64,000 bases of DNA from an uncultured Methanosarcinaceae archaeon. Its GTDB lineage: Archaea; Halobacteriota; Methanosarcinia; Methanosarcinales; Methanosarcinaceae. The translations under genes were made by a program, and so were the position numbers. Positions 57,088 through 64,000 of this stretch are shown one piece after another; within the stretch, counting starts at the first letter, position 1, and every line of letters begins with the position of its first letter. The notes under the pieces are model-generated. The model had not been told where the DNA came from. It saw only the letters and a program-made list of their open reading frames with translations, and did no database searches. The DNA is taken from contig CAVSHT010000011.1 in NCBI GenBank assembly GCA_963727895.1, positions 32,001 through 96,000 on the forward strand, read 5' to 3'.

Positions 57088-58352
57088 TTGATTGAAGTCA
57101 TAAACAAAGCTTGTGGTTTAGACATTCACAAACTCTTTTTCATTGCTACAATTTTCAGTAGATCTGGTGAAAAACAACAGCAACGTTTCAACAGAGATGA
57201 TGAAGGAATTTTAGCCCTTAAAAATTGGGTAATATCAGAAAAATGTGATGTTGTTGCATGTGAATCAACCAGCTACTTTTGGGTTCCGATTCATGATTCA
57301 TTGGTAAAGCATCTAACTGTGATAGTTGGAAATGCGCGAGATATGAAGGTATTTACCCATACAAAAACATATAAGATTGACTCAGAAGTCATTGCACAAC
57401 TTGCACTTAATAATATGATTCAGCCATCAAGAGTTTTTCCAAAGGATCATATAGATTTTAGATCATATGTTCGACTTCGGTTAACACTTGTACAAAAAAG
57501 AACAGATTTAAAAAATAAAGCTCACTCAATTCTTGCATCTGAAATTCAATTTTTGCATCTGAAATGCTACACCTGAATAATGTGCTGACAGACGTTTTTG
57601 GCAAGAATGGCAGAATGATCTTATTAGGAATCTCTTCAGGTAAGAGTGTTGGTCAGATTATTGCAAGCCTCTCTCCAAATGTTCGGAAAAAAGCTGCTCA
57701 GATAAGAGAAATTCTTGATCGAGAAATTTCTCAAAGTGCTGCATTCAGACTTCAGATCTGTCTGAAACTCATAAAAAGTCTTGATGATGAACTCGAAGCT
57801 TTAGAAACAGAAATTTTCAATTATGCTTCTCGAAATCATAAGCGAGAAATGGAGATTTTAATGTCAGTTCCAGGTATAGGGGAACTTGGTGCGGCAATTT
57901 TACTTGCTGAAATAGGCAACTTTAAGGATTTTTCTTCTGGAAATAAGCTTGCTTCTTGGCTTGGTCTAGTTCCTAATGTGTATCAATCTACAGATAAATA
58001 CTATAACGGCAGAATCACAAAGAGGGGATCAAAAGTAGCAAGGTGGATTCTGACACAGATTGCTCAAGCAGCAGCAAGAAAGAAGAATAGCAGGTTAAAA
58101 GAGTTTTTTAACAGAAAAAAGAAGTCGATTGGACATGCAAAAGCAATTATTGTCTTAGCAAGGAAAATTGCAACGATACTATGGCATCTTATTACAAACG
58201 ATGAGATGGACGAAGATGAAACCGGATATCAAAAGGGAGAAATCCAAAAGAGAAAGATTATTGAAACTGAGATTTTTTAGGTTGATGAACGGATTAAAAT
58301 AATTAGTGGAATATTTGCGATTATGGGGAAAAAGGATCAAGAGAGCACGTGA
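57088..58352 (+). pseudogene. IS110 DEDD transposase/recombinase, inactivated
   Basis: GLDIHK, CEST, KTYKID (D to Y), SVPGIG, YQS; 20-bp tandem duplication 57526-57565 shifts the frame; likely premature TAG at 58278. Confidence 0.9.
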
Positions 58353-58439
58353 GGATAATCTCCTCATGTACTTTCATGCTAAACTGATGTAGATAGGATT
58401 AAAAGATATAATATTTTCAAATATACAATTTCCCAAAGT

Positions 58440-59183
58440 TTAACTTTCCTCTGCAATCTTTAGCAGAATATATATCATGCAGACCATAAAAAGTATTGAA
58501 AACAAAAGGGACTGGACAAAGCTGACTTTAAACTGCAGGCTTGAAGGTAGTATGAAATAGAGGAAAAATAAACATATAAGTAGTAAAAAACCTCCAAAAG
58601 CTAAATTCAAAGAATATTTATCATTTCCAGGTACATTGCGGCTTTTCTTTCCTGCGAAATCCAAAGAACCTTTTTTAAATTTATTACATACAGATGAAAA
58701 CCAATTAAGCCTTTTTCCTGACTTTGGACGAGAAGTCCTATTTATAGATAGTGAAATTGAAGGCTTTTGAAAGATAAATTCTTCGTTTCTATCCTCTACA
58801 TAGGACTCATCTTTTGATTGAGCCTGAGGCTGTGGATCAATTTTTCCAAGCTTTACTGGAAAACCTTTTTTTCTTGAGCCATAACCCGCCGTGATATAGA
58901 TCTGCCCTTCTATGAACACATTTCCTTCTAGAGGAATTCTTGCAACTGCGGAAATATATTCTTTTTGAAGCACATACGGGTTATCTCTCAAAAAAGTGAT
59001 TCTGCCTTTCAATTCTTCACTTACTGAGAGATGAATATGGGTAGGAGACCCGTAGTTTGTGATAAGAATCTCAAAGGTTTCTTCTTCGCCGGGAGAAAGA
59101 GGAATCTCGACATGTTCTTTTTCAAATTCAATTGAGTCTATTTCCTGTCGGTTGAGAACAACATTCTGGAATATCTGCTGCAA
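58440..59183 (-). CDS. Hypothetical protein with two C-terminal TM helices
   Basis: 247-aa ORF directly following trm112. Confidence 0.7.
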   Translation of the reverse strand: MQQIFQNVVLNRQEIDSIEFEKEHVEIPLSPGEEETFEILITNYGSPTHIHLSVSEELKGRITFLRDNPYVLQKEYISAVARIPLEGNVFIEGQIYITAGYGSRKKGFPVKLGKIDPQPQAQSKDESYVEDRNEEFIFQKPSISLSINRTSRPKSGKRLNWFSSVCNKFKKGSLDFAGKKSRNVPGNDKYSLNLAFGGFLLLICLFFLYFILPSSLQFKVSFVQSLLFSILFMVCMIYILLKIAEES

Positions 59184-59197
59184 GTCTAACCCTCACA

Positions 59198-59380
59198 TCA
59201 GTTTCTGAGGTCAGGAGGAAGTAAATTTGGAATTCCCTCATCTATTGGATAATGTTCTTTGCATACAGGACAATAGAGGGTTCCAGATATGACCTCTTCT
59301 TTATTTTCTTCAACAACGTTCAAAACCAGGTCGCTCTTACATATAGGGCAAGCCAGAATATCCATAAGATTTGTCTTCAC
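59198..59380 (-). CDS. trm112: Trm112-like methyltransferase activator
   Basis: ILACPICK..L...G.LYCP.C...YPI.EGIPNLL. Confidence 0.88.
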   Translation of the reverse strand: MKTNLMDILACPICKSDLVLNVVEENKEEVISGTLYCPVCKEHYPIDEGIPNLLPPDLRN

Positions 59381-59964
59381 TTAGATTCACCGTTAAAGCT
59401 ACTTTTCCGATAGAGAAGAAAGTATTTTACTCTTGTTTGGATTATTAATTGTTTTCTCACTGCTCTTATTCCTATGAGTATCAAACTTTATCCTACTATT
59501 TACCGTATTCAATTCATCTTCCTATTTTAATGTAATCTATATAAAAGACACTTATGATTTGACCTTTTATCGATTTTTATATAATGCATTAATACATTTT
59601 ATAGAACACTTAAAATAATCTTTTCAGAAAATTTATAAAATATTAGTGATAATTCCCGCATATTTTGAGAATTCAACTTGTAAAAACCTTATGAGTTAGG
59701 AATCTTCAAATACTTATTACCAGGGTACAAAGTTTAGATATCAGAGATAGAATAAAGAATTGTATAGAGACAATTTGATTTTCAAATTATATATAATTCA
59801 GTATCAAGAATTGAGAAATCAATATCATAAAACGGAGAACCAACGAGATATTGCTTCACAATCAGACTTGAGAATTCATTTAAAAATTAAAAATTCATAC
59901 TTATATGGTAAAATGTGGAAAATCTGCACAGTTTAAAAAATTAAAATGAATTCGTGTGATACAG

Positions 59965-61839
59965 ATGAAACAGGAAATAAATGATAAAAGCATTGATTCT
60001 GCAACCCGAATAATGTTACAGGAAGCCGAGAAAACAAATATTGAAACTGTCTGGGACAGATATGAGAAGCAACTGCCTCAGTGCAGTTTTGGACAACTTG
60101 GAATTTGTTGCCGAAATTGTAATATGGGTCCCTGCAGGATAGATCCTTTTGGAGAGGGAGCTAATAGAGGAATTTGTGGTGCTACCGCAGATATCATAGT
60201 TGCAAGAAACCTCCTTAGAACAATAGCTGCAGGTGCAGCAGCTCATTCAGATCATGCAAGAGATGCAGTACTAACATTTAAAAAAATGAGTGAAGGAGAG
60301 GCTGGAAGCTATAAGATAAAAGATGAAGCAAAACTGTTGTCCCTTGCTTCAGAATATGGAATTTATATGGAAGGAAAAAGCCGCGAAGAAATTGCAGCCA
60401 AGCTCGCCGATGTACTGCTTCTTGAATTTGGAAAACAAACCGGAAGCCTCCTGTGTACCAGAAGAGCCCCCAAATCAAGGTTAAAACTCTGGACTGAACT
60501 TGGAATAAATCCCAGGGGAATTGACAGGGAAATTGTAGAATGCATGCATAGGACCCATACGGGTGTGGACAACAATGCAGTCAATATACTGTTACAGGGA
60601 CTGCGCACAGGGCTTTCTGACGGCTGGGGAGGCTCAATGATTGCAACTGATATTCAGGATGTACTCTTTGGAACTCCACAGCCAAGAAAAAGTACAGTTA
60701 ATCTGGGTGTACTATCCAGGGATAAAGTAAATGTAATCGTCCATGGACATGAACCAATTCTTTCAGAAATGATTGTGGAAGCTGCAGAAGATCCTGAGCT
60801 TCTTAAACTTGCAGAAGAAAAGGGTGCAGCAGGTATTAATGTAGCCGGAATCTGCTGTACTGGTAACGAGACTCTGATGCGACATGGAACCCCTATAGCA
60901 GGCAATTTTCTCCAGCAGGAATTGGCAGTAATTACTGGTGCTGTAGAAGCTATGGTAGTGGATGTTCAGTGTATCATGCCTTCCCTTGGAGAACTTACAG
61001 GCTGCTACCATACAAAATTTATATCTACATCCCAAAAAGCTGATTTTCCTAACACTGTAAGAATGGAATTCCATGAAGACAGAGCTTATGAAACTGCAAA
61101 AGAAATCGTTAGGATAGCCGTTGAAAATTTCCCTAATAGGGTCCCAGAAAAGGTTGTTATACCTGAAGAAAAGCAAGAATGCATGGTCGGTTTTAGTGCT
61201 GAAGCAATCCTCAATGCTCTTGGCGGAAGCCCCGATCCTCTAATTGAAGCTATAAAAGACGGAGCAGTTCGAGGAATAGGCGCGGTTGTAGGCTGCAATA
61301 ACGTAAAAGTAACTCACAACTACGGTCATGTTAATCTTGTTAAAGAACTGATCAAGAACAATGTACTTGTGGTAACAACCGGCTGCAATGCAATCGCCTG
61401 TGCCGAAGCAGGGCTGCTTTTGCCTGAAGCTTCTGAATTTGCAGGGGATGGTTTGAAAGCTGTCTGTAAAGCACTGGGAATACCCCCTGTCTTGCATATG
61501 GGTTCCTGTGTTGACATCAGCCGTATCCTCGTGCTTTCATCAGCGATTGCTAATCGTCTGGGTGTAGACATAAGCGATCTTCCAGCAGCAGGAGCAGCAC
61601 CTGAATGGATGAGTGAAAAAGCAGTTAGTATCGGAACTTATGTCGTTTCATCAGGAGTATTTACCGTGCTTGGGACTATTCCGGCTGTTCTTGGAAGCCA
61701 GGCTGTTACGTCTCTTTTGACAGAGGGTTTAAACAGTGTTGTCGGAGCAAGCTTTGCGGTTGAACCTGATCCCTTTAAAGCAGCAGACCTGATGCTTGAA
61801 CACATTGACGGAAAAAGAAAGGCACTGGGTTTGGCATAA
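59965..61839 (+). CDS. cooS: Anaerobic Ni-CO dehydrogenase catalytic subunit
   Basis: C.FG..GICCRNCNMGPCRI, HSDH, HGH, GICCTG, GCNN, GSCVD, WMSEKA. Confidence 0.95.
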   Translation: MKQEINDKSIDSATRIMLQEAEKTNIETVWDRYEKQLPQCSFGQLGICCRNCNMGPCRIDPFGEGANRGICGATADIIVARNLLRTIAAGAAAHSDHARDAVLTFKKMSEGEAGSYKIKDEAKLLSLASEYGIYMEGKSREEIAAKLADVLLLEFGKQTGSLLCTRRAPKSRLKLWTELGINPRGIDREIVECMHRTHTGVDNNAVNILLQGLRTGLSDGWGGSMIATDIQDVLFGTPQPRKSTVNLGVLSRDKVNVIVHGHEPILSEMIVEAAEDPELLKLAEEKGAAGINVAGICCTGNETLMRHGTPIAGNFLQQELAVITGAVEAMVVDVQCIMPSLGELTGCYHTKFISTSQKADFPNTVRMEFHEDRAYETAKEIVRIAVENFPNRVPEKVVIPEEKQECMVGFSAEAILNALGGSPDPLIEAIKDGAVRGIGAVVGCNNVKVTHNYGHVNLVKELIKNNVLVVTTGCNAIACAEAGLLLPEASEFAGDGLKAVCKALGIPPVLHMGSCVDISRILVLSSAIANRLGVDISDLPAAGAAPEWMSEKAVSIGTYVVSSGVFTVLGTIPAVLGSQAVTSLLTEGLNSVVGASFAVEPDPFKAADLMLEHIDGKRKALGLA

Positions 61840-61852
61840 GAGAGATGATATA

Positions 61853-62362
61853 ATGAAAGACTTAACGATTCGGCCCGAACGCTGCTTGGGCTGCCGTTCC
61901 TGTGAGATTGCCTGTGCCGTTGCACATTCTAAAAGCAAGAACCTCTTTTCAGCTATAGGAGAAAAACCATTTCCAAAAAACCGTATCTGTTTAGAGCATA
62001 TCCATGACTTTGGAGTATCACTTCCTATCACCTGCAGGCACTGTAAAGATGCACCCTGTGTTTCGGTTTGTCCTACAAAATCTCTCTCTCAAGATGAAAT
62101 TACAGGCACGGTAAGTCATAAACCTGAACTTTGCGTAGACTGTTGGATCTGTTCTATGGTATGTCCTCGTTTTATTTCTCTATATCAAATGATTCTCGTT
62201 ATGGGATGCTGGACCAGTTCTATGAACTACAATCGTGGAGTAATTGACAGAAAAGCTGAAGCAGGGCTAAAATGTGATCTTTGTGAAGGGAGGGATTTAC
62301 CTGCATGTGTTGAGGCATGCCCAACACAAGCCCTTATTTTCTCAGACATTGTCGAAATTTAG
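61853..62362 (+). CDS. cooF: CooF-like 4Fe-4S protein
   Basis: Four Cys clusters; directly follows cooS. Confidence 0.85.
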   Translation: MKDLTIRPERCLGCRSCEIACAVAHSKSKNLFSAIGEKPFPKNRICLEHIHDFGVSLPITCRHCKDAPCVSVCPTKSLSQDEITGTVSHKPELCVDCWICSMVCPRFISLYQMILVMGCWTSSMNYNRGVIDRKAEAGLKCDLCEGRDLPACVEACPTQALIFSDIVEI

Positions 62363-62549
62363 AGAAAATGCATAATAAACTTGTAGAGTTTGAGATAAAT
62401 AGATAGAAGATAGTATATTCGGTTGCAATTAATAGAGATTATCTGCGCCTCCACTATCTCCTTTGATGAGAGTCATAAAAACTCATTGTTATATTAACAT
62501 AAGTTGTCATATATTATAATGAACTTAAAAAGAAAATAGGGAATTCGCT

Positions 62550-63011
62550 ATGAGTGATAATATTTATAAAAAGATAATGATTGCAACTGACGGATCTGAA
62601 CTTGTAAGAAAAGCGATTGAAACAGCGGTTGAAATCGCAAAAATAAGCGGAGCAAAACTATATGCCGTTTATGTCATTCCTTATGGAGGACTTTTAGTAC
62701 CCTACCCAAGCGATATACGATGGGAAAAATCCACTTTAGAATATTTCAAGAATGAAGGTAGGGAAGCAACGGCTTATGTTGAAAACTCTACGAAAGCTGA
62801 AAATATTGAGGTAGAAAGCGTAATCCTGGAAGGAATCCCTGCAAATGAAATTGTCGATTTTGCAGAAAAAAATGATATTGACCTTATCGTTATGGGAACA
62901 CTTGGAAAAACCGGGATCCAGAGATTCCTGCTAGGAAGCGTAGCAGAAAATGTAGTAAGGCACTCAAAAAAAGCAGTAATTATTGTAAGAGGAAAACTGA
63001 ATAAAAAATAA
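62550..63011 (+). CDS. Universal stress protein
   Basis: IMIATDGS...IVMGTLG...LGSVAENVVR. Confidence 0.92.
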   Translation: MSDNIYKKIMIATDGSELVRKAIETAVEIAKISGAKLYAVYVIPYGGLLVPYPSDIRWEKSTLEYFKNEGREATAYVENSTKAENIEVESVILEGIPANEIVDFAEKNDIDLIVMGTLGKTGIQRFLLGSVAENVVRHSKKAVIIVRGKLNKK

Positions 63012-63716
63012 GAAGGGCACATAATTATCAAAATTTATCGAAATATATACTGTAAGTAATAAACTCTTTCAGACGGTTAATGTCCTAAAAATTAAAAATG
63101 ATAAGCTGAAAGGAAAGAAAAATAGAGATAAAATAGATAAAAACTACTTGTATAAACTTAAGAAAAATATAAAAAATACAGTTGATGAACGGGATTTTTG
63201 GAGGAGGTTAAAATATGTTGGATATAATTATTGTCAATAATATTTGATTTTGAGCATTACCCGTTCACTAATCCTTCTTGACGATTATTTGATATATAAG
63301 TATGTTGGTACACGAAAAATAAAAGGTCTTTTTGTGCAAGAAATATCAAAAAAATATTATAAATTAGCATATTTCTGTCCGTATAGAGACAATATGAAAT
63401 GTGTGAATAATATTAATTAAATAGAATCATACAAAAAAACAATTTAATATTAATTAGTAGACATAAATAAACTTAAAAAAAACATAGAATTGAAAAAGAT
63501 CAACATAGGGATATAGAAACTGAATTTTGCAATTAAGTTTGAACAAATAAAGATAAACATACACAACAAAAAGTCTTTATTTATGGAATAAAAGACCTAT
63601 AAATAAGAAGTTACAAAATAATACGATCAAGATCATAAGGCAAAAATTACAATATAAGAGTAGTATAAAAAAGATAATGCATAAATTTTGTGGTATTAAA
63701 GCTTGGAGATATTAAT

Positions 63717-64000
63717 TTGGAAGGCAAAAATTACGAAAAGATAATGATTGCAACCGACGGTTCTAAACAAGTAGAAAAGGCAGTTCAGGAAGGAATTAAG
63801 CTTGCTAAGCTTACTGGAGCAAATCTCTATGCTGTATATGTAATTGCCCCTACTGGCTATTCTTCGAGAGATTTCGGGTGGGAGGAATCACTAAGAGAAT
63901 TGCTTGAAACTGAAGCAAAAAAAGCTGTTAATCACGTTGAAGAGATCGGAAAAGTTTCAGGCGTTAATGTAGAATCTGTGATTCTTGAGGGGCATCCTGC
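63717..64000 (+). CDS. Universal stress protein (partial, runs off the window)
   Basis: GGAGAT SD, TTG start; KIMIATDGS...ESVILEGHP. Confidence 0.85.
   Translation, partial: MEGKNYEKIMIATDGSKQVEKAVQEGIKLAKLTGANLYAVYVIAPTGYSSRDFGWEESLRELLETEAKKAVNHVEEIGKVSGVNVESVILEGHP

Larger units (their letters stand above)
56884..58385 (+). mobile_element. IS110-family element with sub-terminal inverted repeats
   Basis: ATGAAAGTAC (56887) and GTACTTTCAT (58368); AACT at both junctions; IS110 transposase inside. Confidence 0.8.

Noticed and set aside
58278..58280. TAG near the IS110 transposase end as a programmed Pyl codon
   Set aside because: The gene is already frameshifted and catalytically mutated, so simple decay is more likely

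Overview
AT-rich archaeal chromosomal window, almost certainly Methanosarcina (barkeri-like), judged from gene content and intergenic style. It opens with the 5' part of an alternative-nitrogenase-type operon (cluster II nifH plus two PII nifI genes) that is divergent from a radical-SAM/substrate-binding fusion gene. Four palindromic GTTATG-N10-CATAAC boxes lie between them. Further along are PASTA and TPR genes, cooC, asnB, small metabolic genes, a decayed block at 19.7-24.8 kb, three PKD surface-protein genes (one an NlpC/P60 hydrolase), two tRNA-Glu genes, Lsm and an RPC34/TFE-beta-like gene, an archaeal Ski2-like helicase, cobQ, alanine dehydrogenase, pyrG, trm112, cooS-cooF and two USP genes. 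Mobile DNA comprises three full-length but defective IS1-family copies plus a remnant, an IS256/Mutator-like element splitting an ArsR gene, and an IS110 element. The most notable item is the IS110 element: it has sub-terminal inverted repeats, a shared AACT core, and a structured 5' non-coding region that looks like an archaeal bridge/seek RNA. Several other candidate structured RNAs are present. All calls were made by eye without database searches.
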